From: Verrucomicrobiota bacterium
GTDB taxonomy: Bacteria; Verrucomicrobiota; Verrucomicrobiia; Limisphaerales; Palsa-1400
Assembly: GCA_049510745.1 (NCBI GenBank)
Contig: JBEKYR010000003.1
Span: 32,001-96,000 of the forward strand
DNA: 64,000 bases
Direction of reading: 5' to 3'
Shown piece by piece: positions 19,190 to 28,542 of this stretch. Numbering within the stretch: the first letter of the stretch is position 1; the number at the start of each line of letters is the position of its first letter. Under the pieces are notes generated by a model. That model was not told where the DNA came from. It saw only the letters and a program-made list of their open reading frames with translations, and ran no database searches. The translations under genes and the position numbers were made by a program.

Positions 19190-19502
19190 ACTCTGGCTTG
19201 TGGATCTGGGTTACTTGGGCAAGGTCCGCCCCGTTGCGGTAGTCAGCATCCCATTTCTCGACTACGAACGCACGCTCTGCATTGTCGTTCCTCACACCAC
19301 TTCGGTCCTCGGCACTCGCTTTGAGATTTCCCTCATCCATCCGGCCTTGGCAGCGGGTGTGTTTGACGTCCAACAAACCGCGGCGGTTCCTGCCATCAAA
19401 TTTGTCAGGCGTTTGGGAAGATTGGACGCGGGCCAGATGCAGGCTCTCGAAGCGCCGCTGGCTCAAATACTCGGCCTAAAACTTGCAATCACTTCGCGTT
19501 GA
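19161..19502 (+). CDS. PemK/MazF-family toxin (mRNA interferase)
   Basis: QRGELWLVDLGYLGKVRPVAVVS...VVPHTTS...RRLGRL; ATG at 19161. Confidence 0.88.
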   Translation: MPLPSIQRGELWLVDLGYLGKVRPVAVVSIPFLDYERTLCIVVPHTTSVLGTRFEISLIHPALAAGVFDVQQTAAVPAIKFVRRLGRLDAGQMQALEAPLAQILGLKLAITSR

Positions 19503-19626
19503 GTCGAGAGAAAAACGCCCCGGACACGATTGCGGCCAGATGAGGACGACGAGCAACGCCAGAGAGGGCCGGCGGGCGGAAATGGCGGGGTTGCCGCGAG
19601 CGCATCGGAGCGATAGGATTGGCGGC

Positions 19627-20205
19627 ATGGAAAACGATGGAACACGCATTGCCCGCATCCTGGTTTTATACTTCAGCCGGGACGGGCACACGAAGATGAT
19701 GGCGGAGCTGGTCGCCGAAGGCGCCGGCAGCGTTCCGATGACCGAGCTGCGGCTCAAGACGGTCGCGCAGGCTGCCGCCGAGGACTTGATTTGGTGCGAC
19801 GGCATCGCCGCCGGATCGCCCACGCACATGGGGACGATCCCGTGGGAGATGAAGCAATGGTGGGATGTGACCGCACAACCGCTCTGGCCCAAGGTGGACG
19901 GAAAGATCGGGTGTGCGTTCACCTCCTCCGGCGGACTTGCCGGCGGAGGCGAACTGACCTGTCTGGCATTGCAAATTGTGATGATGAATTACGGGATGCT
20001 GGTCTTTGGCGTTCCGGATTATGTCGCGCCGGGACAAACGCTCCATTATGGAGCGATTTGCGCCGGAAGGCCCCGCAACGAAGGCGACCGCGAAGCCTGC
20101 CGCCGCCTCGGACGACGACTTTGCGAATGGGTCCAGACGCTGATTTGCCATCGCCCCGAGTATTCACCATTAAAGACGAGCTATCCGAGATTTCCGCCGG
20201 AGTGA
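19627..20205 (+). CDS. WrbA-like flavodoxin family NAD(P)H:quinone oxidoreductase
   Basis: LVLYFSRDGHTKMMAELVAEGA, GSPTHMG, GKIGCAFTSSGGLAGGGE. Confidence 0.87.
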   Translation: MENDGTRIARILVLYFSRDGHTKMMAELVAEGAGSVPMTELRLKTVAQAAAEDLIWCDGIAAGSPTHMGTIPWEMKQWWDVTAQPLWPKVDGKIGCAFTSSGGLAGGGELTCLALQIVMMNYGMLVFGVPDYVAPGQTLHYGAICAGRPRNEGDREACRRLGRRLCEWVQTLICHRPEYSPLKTSYPRFPPE

Positions 20206-20386
20206 GATCCTACTCTGAGAAAGCTGACCGCCACTTCGCCCTCCTCAACGGCCGCAAAGTCAGGGTCGTCGGCGCCCAAAAAGGCCGTCATCGGTCTCAT
20301 CGATGCTCTCATGCCCTTCTTGGCTATTGCATCCACGCCCGGCTTGCGCGACTCTACACCGCGAGCGCGCTTGAGCGCGCTCGACT

Positions 20387-21091
20387 ATGACTGAGGCTGC
20401 CGCCCCGCAAATCGTTATGGCTCCGTCCCTGCTGGCCGCGAATTTCGCGCGCCTGGGCGCCGAGGTTGCGCGCCTCAACCGCTCCGGGGCCGACTGGCTG
20501 CACCTCGACATCATGGACGGCCATTTCGTTCCCAACATTTCCTTCGGCCCCGCCGTGGTCGAGACCCTTCGGCCGTTGAGCCGGCTGACCTTTGACGTGC
20601 ATTTGATGTGCGCGCGCCCGGAAATCCTCCTCGAACCGTTTGCTAAAGCCGGCGCCGACCGCCTGACCATTCACGTCGAACTCGACGGCCAGGTCGTCCC
20701 CCTGATTTGGAAAATCCGTTCCCTGGGCAAGCAGGTCGGATTAGCCCTCAACCCGCCCACCGCCATGGCCAGCGTCGAGCCGCACCTGGAGCGGATTGAT
20801 TCGCTTCTGGTCATGAGCGTCAATCCCGGTTTTGGCGGCCAGGAATTCATCACCGAATGTTTGACAAAAATCCAGCAGGCGGCGGCCTGGCGGGAAAAAC
20901 TCGGCTTGAACTATCGCATTGCCGTCGATGGCGGCCTGGATGGCGCGACGGCCGCCAGTTGCGCGGCCGCCGGCGCCGACACCTTCATCAGCGGCACCGC
21001 CCTCTTCGGGCAAAAAAACCTCAAAGCCGCCGTGGCCCGGATGCGCAAGCTCACTTGCGCCGCGCGCCCGGACTTAAACAAGCCGGCTTAA
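20387..21091 (+). CDS. rpe: ribulose-phosphate 3-epimerase
   Basis: APSLLAANF, HLDIMDGHFVPNISFG, DVHLM, MSVNPGFGGQ, VDGG. Confidence 0.96.
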   Translation: MTEAAAPQIVMAPSLLAANFARLGAEVARLNRSGADWLHLDIMDGHFVPNISFGPAVVETLRPLSRLTFDVHLMCARPEILLEPFAKAGADRLTIHVELDGQVVPLIWKIRSLGKQVGLALNPPTAMASVEPHLERIDSLLVMSVNPGFGGQEFITECLTKIQQAAAWREKLGLNYRIAVDGGLDGATAASCAAAGADTFISGTALFGQKNLKAAVARMRKLTCAARPDLNKPA

Positions 21092-21108
21092 CAGGCTGGT
21101 TTCAGGCG

Positions 21109-22167
21109 TTACGCTGTCGTCATCAAAAAGGGGAGGCGGACTGTGACCGTGGTGGACTTTCCCGGCGCGGAAGCAATTTCAATGGAGCCGCCATGCGCCG
21201 TCACGATCCACTGCGCGATGCTCAGCCCCAGGCCGCACCCTTCCACCGCGCTGCTGTGCGCCGGATCACCCCGGAAAAACCGGTCGAAGACCCGCGGCAG
21301 GATGTCCGGCGCGATCCCCGGACCGCTGTTCGCCACGGTCAATTCCGCCGTTTCACCCGCCCGCCGCAACGCCAGCCTCACCCACCCTTGCGGCTGGTTA
21401 TACTTGATGGCATTGTCAAGAATATTCAATAGAAGCTGCCGCAGACGATGGGCGTTGCCCGCCACCGTCACGGCTGGCAATTCGCCGCATTCCACCCGCA
21501 GCCCCAGCGTCTCGGCCAGAATCTGCGCGTCCGCGAAACTGTCGCGCGCCAGGTCGTCCAGGCGCACCGGGGCCAGCTCCAGCGGCACCAGCCCGGCGTC
21601 CGCCTTGGTCAACAGCGTCAGCCCATCGACGATGCGCGAGAGGCGGCGCAATTCGTCCAGGCGGCTGGCGGCCCTCTCCCGTTGCGCGGGGGACAGCGAC
21701 TCGTCCCGCAGTTCGGTCTCCGTTTCGCCGCGCAGAATGGTCAGGGGAGTCTTGAGCTCGTGCGAAGCGTGCAAGGTGAACTCGCGAACGCGCGCAAACG
21801 AGCCGTCCAGCCGCGCCGTCATGCCATTGAGAACTTCCGCCAGCCGGTCCAGCTCGTCGCCGTTGCCGGTGCGGGGCAGCGGCTGGCTGAGATTGAATTC
21901 GTTGATCCGTTCGGCGGCGCGGCTCAACGCCGTGACGGGGGCCAGCGCCTTGCGCATCAGCCACCAACCGCCGCCAATGCTCAACAAGACGGCCGGGACG
22001 CCGATCCAGAAGGTAATCTCGATGATTTCCTCCATGCCCCGTTCCGCAGCGCGCGGCCTCCGTTCGTGCCGTTCGTGCAATTCCGCCAGAGACAAAACGG
22101 CGATGAGCACCAGCGAGCACAACAACAGGGCCGCGTTGCACCAGGTCACTCGCGCGCGAATCGTCAC
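21109..22167 (-). CDS. HAMP-domain sensor histidine kinase (CusS/CzcS-like)
   Basis: Two TM segments, HAMP (GNGDELDRLAEVLNGM), ASHELKTPL, NAIKY, GLGLSI. Confidence 0.9.
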   Translation of the reverse strand: MTIRARVTWCNAALLLCSLVLIAVLSLAELHERHERRPRAAERGMEEIIEITFWIGVPAVLLSIGGGWWLMRKALAPVTALSRAAERINEFNLSQPLPRTGNGDELDRLAEVLNGMTARLDGSFARVREFTLHASHELKTPLTILRGETETELRDESLSPAQRERAASRLDELRRLSRIVDGLTLLTKADAGLVPLELAPVRLDDLARDSFADAQILAETLGLRVECGELPAVTVAGNAHRLRQLLLNILDNAIKYNQPQGWVRLALRRAGETAELTVANSGPGIAPDILPRVFDRFFRGDPAHSSAVEGCGLGLSIAQWIVTAHGGSIEIASAPGKSTTVTVRLPFLMTTA

Positions 22168-22838
22168 GGCATCTCCTTCATCACGTAGCCGGAGCCGCGC
22201 ACGGTGTGGAGCAATTTCGGCCCCAGCCCGGCGTCGATCTTTTCCCGCAGCCGCCGCACGTAAACGTCCACCAGGTTGGTGCCGGGATCAAAGTCGTAGT
22301 CCCAGACCTTTTCCAGGATCATCATTCGTCCGCAGAGCCTGCCGCCGGAGCGCATGAGGAATTCCAGCAGCCGGTACTCGCGCGTCGTCAGGGTGATGGC
22401 CTGGCCGCCGCGTTGCGCCTGCCGCGTCAGCGTGTCCAGCAATAGATCGCCCACGCGCAACATGGTGGATTTGTTCTCGCCCCCGCGCCGGGTCAAGGCG
22501 CGCACGCGGGCGATCAGTTCGGCCAGTTCAAACGGCTTGGGCAGGTAGTCGTCCGCCCCGGCGTCCAATCCTTCCACGCGCTCGTTGACTTCGCCGCGCG
22601 CGGACAACAGCAGCACCGGCGTCGCGTTTTTGCCTTTGCGCAACTGCCGCACCACGCTCAATCCGTCCCGTCCCGGCAGCATGATGTCCAGCACGATCAC
22701 ATCGAAGGGCGTGCTCTGCGCCAGGGCCAGCGCGTCGTCTCCGTTCCCGCACGTGTCCACCGCAAACCCTTCCGCCTGCAGCGCCTTGCGGATGAACGAC
22801 GCCGTCTTCCTTTCATCTTCGACCACCAGAATGCGCAT
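22164..22838 (-). CDS. OmpR-family response regulator (CusR/CzcR-like)
   Basis: MRILVVEDE, LDIMLPG, GLDAGADDYLPKPF, VDVYVRRLREKID, TVRGSGY. Confidence 0.93.
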   Translation of the reverse strand: MRILVVEDERKTASFIRKALQAEGFAVDTCGNGDDALALAQSTPFDVIVLDIMLPGRDGLSVVRQLRKGKNATPVLLLSARGEVNERVEGLDAGADDYLPKPFELAELIARVRALTRRGGENKSTMLRVGDLLLDTLTRQAQRGGQAITLTTREYRLLEFLMRSGGRLCGRMMILEKVWDYDFDPGTNLVDVYVRRLREKIDAGLGPKLLHTVRGSGYVMKEMP

Positions 22839-23036
22839 AACAAAGGCAGTTTAAACCAACGCCGGCGAAATCCCAATGATGATCTGGGTTGCTCTCCCTT
22901 CCGCGCCCGCCGCGCCGGAGGGCGCCGGCCATTTCGTCATCCCGTAAACAAGAATTTTAAGGCGACCCGCAACCAGCCGGGGCCGCCGCCGCCTCAAACC
23001 TGGCCGGGCCAGGGTGGCATCTGCCTGTCGTTTGGT

Positions 23037-23396
23037 CTAATCGTTGTCTTTCTTCTTCCCCTTGCCCGCGTCTTCGGCCCGTTCTTTATCCTGGTCCTTG
23101 GGCGTTTCCTTCGCCACGGAAACCACGGCGCCGGTGATGGCATCCACATTCACCTCCGTGATGTCCTTGGACCCCGGCGTGGCGATGTCGAACGACCAGA
23201 TCAATCTGCCCTTTTCCTTTTCCAATTCGCCTTCCTTGACGGTGCCGTTGGGGGCCTGGGCCAGGGCGGTGGCTTGGGCGTCGGCCTTGCTGACCTTGGC
23301 CTGCGCCGCAAGCCGGGCTTGTTCCTTTTGTTCGGATTCGCAGCCGGCGAGCACGACGGCGGCGAGGGTTAAAACCATTATGGTTCGCACTTTCAT
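23037..23396 (-). CDS. PepSY-domain lipoprotein
   Basis: Lipobox VLAGC; ELEKEKGRLIWSFDI...EVNVDAITGAVV. Upstream of the two-component pair. Confidence 0.8.
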   Translation of the reverse strand: MKVRTIMVLTLAAVVLAGCESEQKEQARLAAQAKVSKADAQATALAQAPNGTVKEGELEKEKGRLIWSFDIATPGSKDITEVNVDAITGAVVSVAKETPKDQDKERAEDAGKGKKKDND

Positions 23397-23504
23397 TGTT
23401 TCTCCTTTTGTTGGTCAAGCATTCGGGCGCAATGCTACCCGTTCCGCATGAACCTCACATAAACCCAACATGACAGTTTTGTCATCTTCCGGCTCGCCGT
23501 GGAT

Positions 23505-23837
23505 TTAGCGCCGGCCAAACTGGATGAGCAGCCCGCCGGCCAGAATGAGCGCCAGCCCAATCCACGTCGAGGGCGGCACCGTTTCCCTGAAAACAAAGCG
23601 CCCGCAGAGAATGCTGACCAGCGCAAAAAACCCGACGTACACCCCCAGCAACTTGGAGAAATCCCACGGCACGGAATTGACCAGCAGCGCGTACCCCGCC
23701 AGCAGCGCGCATCCCGCCAGGATGGATAGAACGCCGCCGCCCCGCAAACCGCGTCGCACCGCCGCGTCGCCCGCGACTTCCAGCGACGCCGCCATGACGA
23801 AAATCACCCACGCAAACCTGTTCATCAAATCATGCAT
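23505..23837 (-). CDS. small 4-TM membrane protein (YnfA/SMR-like)
   Basis: Hydrophobic ~110 aa; AASLEVAGDA, LLGVYVGFF. Start may be ATG 23825. Confidence 0.7.
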   Translation of the reverse strand: MHDLMNRFAWVIFVMAASLEVAGDAAVRRGLRGGGVLSILAGCALLAGYALLVNSVPWDFSKLLGVYVGFFALVSILCGRFVFRETVPPSTWIGLALILAGGLLIQFGRR

Positions 23838-23867
23838 AATACTCCGCTTCCCGAGGCGCCGCCCGGT

Positions 23868-24170
23868 CTAATCCCCAAAGAGTTTCTTCAACTTGTCGCG
23901 GGCGGCGTCTTCGCGCGGGTTGTGGTCGGTCTTGGGGACAAAGGCGCGCCGGAAAAAATCGAAGTATTCGCAGAAATTTCCCGCGGCTTTTTCCATCACC
24001 GGCTCGGCCCGGCGGTCGCGGCATTGATGGGCGAAGCGCGGATCGTAGCTGGCGCAGTTGAGGCAGACACGCAAGTCCGCGTTGCAGCGGTCGCAGGTAT
24101 CGCCGCGTCCGGGGAAACCGGGCCTTGCCCACTCCCACCCGCAATTGTGGCAATGTCGAGTCTCAGTCAT
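23868..24170 (-). CDS. small Cys-rich (zinc-binding) hypothetical protein
   Basis: CHNC, CDRC, CLNC...C...NFCEYF. TATAAT and GGAGGGG directly upstream of ATG. Confidence 0.7.
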   Translation of the reverse strand: MTETRHCHNCGWEWARPGFPGRGDTCDRCNADLRVCLNCASYDPRFAHQCRDRRAEPVMEKAAGNFCEYFDFFRRAFVPKTDHNPREDAARDKLKKLFGD

Positions 24171-24380
24171 TCCCCTCCATTATATCGGTTTTCAGGGCGG
24201 ACGCCAGACCGGGTTGCGGGAAAAACGGGGGCGAAGCCGAACGTGTTCCGGCGCAAATGCAACTTAAAAATTTGGCAAATTGCACTTTTACATCTGGACG
24301 GCGCAATCGGTTGTGGCCTACAAGAAGTAAGCCCGGGCTGACCTGAAGCGGCTTGGGGAAAATTCAAATGTCCGAGTTGT

Positions 24381-25061
24381 GTGAGGCCAATCGAAAAGAG
24401 CGCGCGCCCGGTCGGGACGGGACCGGAGATCGCACCGAGTGAAGCGGCAAATCTGCTGGGCGATTTTTCCGCCCTCTTGCAGCAGATTGGCTCGCCCGTT
24501 GTCAGCGCCGCGCTTCCCAGCCCGAAGGGCGGCGCAACCCCCGGGGAATTCCCGGCCCTGCAAGAGTTCCTGGAGGCTTACCTGTCGGAAATCCTCCTGC
24601 CCTTGGAATTGCCGGCCATCGTCGAGGCTTGCGGCCACGCCCGGCGCGGTGAACTGCGCGAATTGATCGCCCAGGATCAGCGCTTGAACGCGCCCCTGCG
24701 CCTGACGCCCTTCGCCGGGCCGAGCCGGCAGATTGGACGGCTGCAATTGACCCGAATGCGTCCCTTGCGCGATGATCGCACGGTGCAACGCTACCTGGCG
24801 GCGGTCGAATCAGGCCACGCCCACGGCTGGCACACGGTGGTCTATGGGTTGACTTTGGCCGTGTATTCGCTGCCCTTGCGCCAGGGGCTGCTCTACTACG
24901 CGCAGGAAACGCTTGCCGGACTGGCGGGCGCGGCGGCCCGCGGGGCCGGCGGCGCGCAATCCGACTTGTCCCGCGCGCTGGAGGATTTGCTGGCACGGGT
25001 GCCTGCCGCCGTCGAAGCCAGCCTGGCCGGGAACGGGGCGCCGGGCGCCGGGCCGGAGTAA
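24381..25061 (+). CDS. UreF-like (urease accessory family) protein
   Basis: ELPAIVEACGHA...ELIAQDQRL...SRQIGRLQL...HTVVYGLTLAV pattern resembles the UreF core. GTG start uncertain. Confidence 0.6.
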   Translation: MRPIEKSARPVGTGPEIAPSEAANLLGDFSALLQQIGSPVVSAALPSPKGGATPGEFPALQEFLEAYLSEILLPLELPAIVEACGHARRGELRELIAQDQRLNAPLRLTPFAGPSRQIGRLQLTRMRPLRDDRTVQRYLAAVESGHAHGWHTVVYGLTLAVYSLPLRQGLLYYAQETLAGLAGAAARGAGGAQSDLSRALEDLLARVPAAVEASLAGNGAPGAGPE

Positions 25062-25105
25062 ATTCATTTGGCATCCTCCCGCCCCCCGGCTGTATCCTCG
25101 CGCGC

Positions 25106-26698
25106 ATGGCGACGGCACCCTCCAGCTTTCTGAACACGGCGGATTGGGCCGTTATTCTTTTTTACATGGGGGGCATCATTGTTTTGGGGAGCTGGTTCGG
25201 CAAGGACCAGCACAATACGCGCGACTATTTTCTCGGCGGCAAGGACATTCCGTGGTGGGGCATCGGGCTGTCGATTGTCGCCGCGGAGACCAGCGCGCTG
25301 ACGATCATCGGGGTTCCGGCCATGGCCTACGCCAGGAACGGGAACCTGGCCTTCATTCAATTGATCATCGGTTACGTCATTGCCCGCGTCATTTTGGCGG
25401 CGGTGATGGTGCCCTATTATTTCAAGGGGGAAATCTACTCGCCTTACCAACTCTTTTCCGGCGCCTTTGGCGAAAGTGCGCGCAATACCGCCGCCGGGCT
25501 TTTTCTTCTGAACGGCGCGCTTTCGGCGGGAGTGCGCGTGTATGTCGCCTGCATTCCCATCTCCTTGATGTTGGGCCGGAACGCGCTGGGCGCGTTCGGC
25601 GGCGGGGACCCGGTCCTGGGCGCCATTGTGTTGTTCGTCGTGCTTTCGCTGCTCTACACCTACGTGGGCGGCGTCAAGGCGGTGATCTGGACCGATGCGG
25701 TTCAATTCGGGCTTTTCCTGCTGGGGGGCGTCTTCGCCTTGTGTTATATCCCGCACCTCTTCGCGGGAGGAGCGCGCGAAGCCTGCCATCTGGCGGCGGC
25801 GGGCGGAAAACTCCGTTGGTTCAACGCCTCCGTCTCGTGGACCTCGCTCTGGCAGGAACCGATGAATATCTGGATGGGCGTCATCGGCGGCACGGTCATG
25901 GTCATGTCCTCCCACGGCGCCGATCAATTGATCGTGCAGCGGGTGCTGGCCTGCAAAACGGTGCGCGACGGCCGGTGCGCGTTGATTTTAAGCGCGGTCG
26001 TCATTCTCCCGCTCTTTTTGATCTTCCTGCTCGTCGGAGCGATGCTTTGGGCTTATTACCAGAAATTCCCCATGCTCATTCCCCTGCCGGAAGTCAGACC
26101 CGGCAGCGGAATCAAGGCCAATGATTACATCTTCCCAATTTTCATCATGTCGGTCGTGCCGCACGTTTTGAAAGGGCTGCTCATCGTGGCCATCCTCTCG
26201 GCCGCCATGTCGTCGGTCAGCTCGGCCCTGACCTCGCTGGCCTCGGTTTCGACGATGGATTTTGGCAGGAAGTTGTTGCCGGGCAAACCGGAGGCCTTCT
26301 TTCTGCGGTTCAGCAAGATCTCGACCGTGCTGTGGGCCGCGGTGCTCATTGTGGTGGCCTTCTTGAGCCGGTATTCCCCGCGGGTGCTCGACACGGCTTT
26401 TTTGTTGCGCGGCCTGACCAGCGGCGGGCTGCTGGGGGGATTGTTTCTGGCGCTGTGGTGGAAACGCGGCTCGGCCAAGCCGGTCATTCTGGGCATGCTT
26501 TCCTCGGTGGCCGTGATGACCTGGCTCTGCCGTCCGCACGGGGGGTTTCTCCTCTATTGGCCGTGGCAGACGATGATCGGCTGCGCGGTGACGCTCCTGG
26601 TGGCGATTCTCACACGGCGGCTGCTGCCCTCCGCCGCCGGGCGCTTATCAGTGCCGTCGGGAGCCAAGCCTCAAGCCACCGGGGAAAATGACGAATGA
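25106..26698 (+). CDS. sodium:solute symporter (SSS family)
   Basis: DYFLGGKDIPWW, SIVAAETSALTIIGVP, YTYVGGVKAVIWTDAVQ, ADQLIVQR, SAAMSSVSS. Confidence 0.92.
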   Translation: MATAPSSFLNTADWAVILFYMGGIIVLGSWFGKDQHNTRDYFLGGKDIPWWGIGLSIVAAETSALTIIGVPAMAYARNGNLAFIQLIIGYVIARVILAAVMVPYYFKGEIYSPYQLFSGAFGESARNTAAGLFLLNGALSAGVRVYVACIPISLMLGRNALGAFGGGDPVLGAIVLFVVLSLLYTYVGGVKAVIWTDAVQFGLFLLGGVFALCYIPHLFAGGAREACHLAAAGGKLRWFNASVSWTSLWQEPMNIWMGVIGGTVMVMSSHGADQLIVQRVLACKTVRDGRCALILSAVVILPLFLIFLLVGAMLWAYYQKFPMLIPLPEVRPGSGIKANDYIFPIFIMSVVPHVLKGLLIVAILSAAMSSVSSALTSLASVSTMDFGRKLLPGKPEAFFLRFSKISTVLWAAVLIVVAFLSRYSPRVLDTAFLLRGLTSGGLLGGLFLALWWKRGSAKPVILGMLSSVAVMTWLCRPHGGFLLYWPWQTMIGCAVTLLVAILTRRLLPSAAGRLSVPSGAKPQATGENDE

Positions 26699-26804
26699 CG
26701 AAAACCTAATGACGAAGGAATGCTCAAATGACTCAATGACGAAACCTTCGTCATTCGTGCTTCGTCATTCTTTAGTCATTCGGTTTTCGTCATTAGTCAT
26801 TCTT
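26679..26804. repeat. AATGACG-heptamer imperfect palindrome (dispersed repeat, copy 1)
   Basis: AATGACGAA units on the left face TTCGTCATT units on the right. Related in reverse orientation to 39912-40002. Confidence 0.85.
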
Positions 26805-26880
26805 GTCAAGAACCGGGACGCGCCATCCGCCGCAAAGAACGAACATTGAACCCGGAAAGAATCTTTGCAACACTGGCCTC

Positions 26881-27489
26881 ATGGCCATCACGCCCAGACA
26901 ATTCGAACAACTCCAGGCCCGGTTGGGCGGCCCGAAACGTTCGCCCGTCCCGGTTTTCGAGAGCGCGCTGCGGCCGCTCTCCGCCAAGGCCCGGATCATC
27001 ATTGGTGTTGACCCGTCGATGCGGGCCACCGGTTACGGCGTCATCCAGACCGGAAAACCCGCCCCGCGCGCCCTGGCGCACGGCACCATTGTCTGTCCCG
27101 CCGGCTGGGAGCGTTCCCGCTGCCTGGCCAGGATCGCCCAGACGTTGCGGGACCTCGTCGCCCGGCACCGCCCGGCGGCGTGCGCGATCGAGGGCCTGTT
27201 TTACGCGCAAAACCTGCAAACCGCCCTGATCATGGGCGAAGCGCGCGGCGCGGCGCTGGCGGCCCTGGGCGAAGCGGGAGTGGAGATTTATGAAATTGCC
27301 CCGCGCAAGGTCAAGCAGGCGATTGTCGGCTACGGCGCGGCCCAGAAAATAGCGGTCGCCAAAATGGTGCAGCGCCTCCTGCAACTGCCCAAGCCGCCCG
27401 CGCCGGACGCCGCCGACGCCCTGGCCGTCGCCTTGGCCTACGCGCAGGAATCGGGCCGCTACAGCCTGGGCGGGCTGAAGAAGATTTGA
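26881..27489 (+). CDS. ruvC: Holliday junction resolvase RuvC
   Basis: IIGVDPS..TGYGVI, AIEGLF, GEARG, VKQAIVGYG, DAADALAVA. Confidence 0.93.
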   Translation: MAITPRQFEQLQARLGGPKRSPVPVFESALRPLSAKARIIIGVDPSMRATGYGVIQTGKPAPRALAHGTIVCPAGWERSRCLARIAQTLRDLVARHRPAACAIEGLFYAQNLQTALIMGEARGAALAALGEAGVEIYEIAPRKVKQAIVGYGAAQKIAVAKMVQRLLQLPKPPAPDAADALAVALAYAQESGRYSLGGLKKI

Positions 27490-27508
27490 GGAATTATCCG
27501 CGCGATCT

Positions 27509-27729
27509 GGGGTCACATCTAAACCGGAACGATGCAGAAGGATTGGGGAGCGCGGGCGTCCTCGCCTGCAGCCTTCGGCGTCTCGCCGAAGGCATTCGAT
27601 CCCGGAGGACTTGGCGGTCACATCCAAACATTCGACATTTTGCTTTAGAGGACAGGCCGTACGGGTGAACGGCACGGCTTCAATTTCCGGAACCGGCAGC
27701 CAAAATGTAGAATGTTTAGATTTGACTCC
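27509..27729. repeat. nested REP-like repeats
   Basis: Direct copies GGTCACATCYAAAC (27511, 27616). Inverted pair 27617-27642 / 27701-27726 (23/26). Hairpin GCCTTCGGCG-TCT-CGCCGAAGGC (27571-27593). Confidence 0.75.
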
Positions 27730-27730
27730 G

Positions 27731-27880
27731 ATTCACATGACCAAGAAACTCAGCGGCTACGACCACCTTTGGTCTGTCCGCATCAACGAGCAATATCGCG
27801 CCATAGGCGAACGCCACGGCGACACCATGGTCTGGGTTTGGGTGGGCACGCACAACGAGTTCGACAATCTCTTCGGTTGA
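27731..27880 (+). pseudogene. C-terminal half of a ParE/RelE-like toxin
   Basis: KKLSGYDHLWSVRINEQYRAIGERHGDTMVWVWVGTHNEFDNLFG*. The N-terminal half is replaced by repeat DNA. Confidence 0.7.
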
Positions 27881-27904
27881 GTGAACCCTGACAGAAGCAG
27901 AGGA

Positions 27905-28303
27905 TCATTTCGCTTTCCGTTCCCGGTCTTCCCTTTCAACAATCATTTTGTAAGCGGGCCAACGGGCGACCATCTTCCCCAGTGCTTCGTTGTGAGCCTC
28001 CGAATAGGCGCATTTGGGCCCGTTACGAAAGGTGAATGGTGAATATTCGGACGGACCGAGGGGACAATGCATATTTGTCGAGAATGGGCCACCCATGAAT
28101 TGCCACAAATCCGCTTGGCTGATCGGCGTATCAACTGAAAGACTCGCCTCCAACATGTGCGACCGCGCCATATCCCAGAGCATCCCCATTTGCTGCACGC
28201 ACTTTGTCTCCATTGCAGCCCTTCTATGGAGATTGATCCCCGCTACTGTCAGGGCCGCGATGGATGGCAGGCCGACGATCGCCAAAATGAGTTTACCGCG
28301 CAT
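27905..28303 (-). CDS. hypothetical protein with N-terminal TM/signal, lower GC
   Basis: 132-aa ORF with ATG start and hydrophobic N-terminus; CPLG...PKC motif; composition differs from flanking genes. Confidence 0.55.
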   Translation of the reverse strand: MRGKLILAIVGLPSIAALTVAGINLHRRAAMETKCVQQMGMLWDMARSHMLEASLSVDTPISQADLWQFMGGPFSTNMHCPLGPSEYSPFTFRNGPKCAYSEAHNEALGKMVARWPAYKMIVEREDRERKAK

Positions 28304-28542
28304 AATTAACTCTCAATCCGATGTCCTCAACCGTAATCCGTCGGCACTTCCGATTCAACCGGTGATTCGCGCTGCTGTGAACAACTGCACAACTGGGGTC
28401 ACCCAGAGTTTGTTTTTTTGCTCTGGTCCAAACTTGGTTGACATGCGATTTCCCGCCGGGTCATCGCCATTTATGTGGAGTTCCACATAACGCCGTGACT
28501 ATTCAATGTGTGCGGTTGAGCGGCCCCGTCAAGAGATGCCTT

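Noticed and set aside
20210..20345. Possible accA fragment (DRHFALLNGRKVRVVGAQKGR)
   Set aside because: Only ~20 residues of resemblance, needing an internal deletion; too weak without BLASTx.
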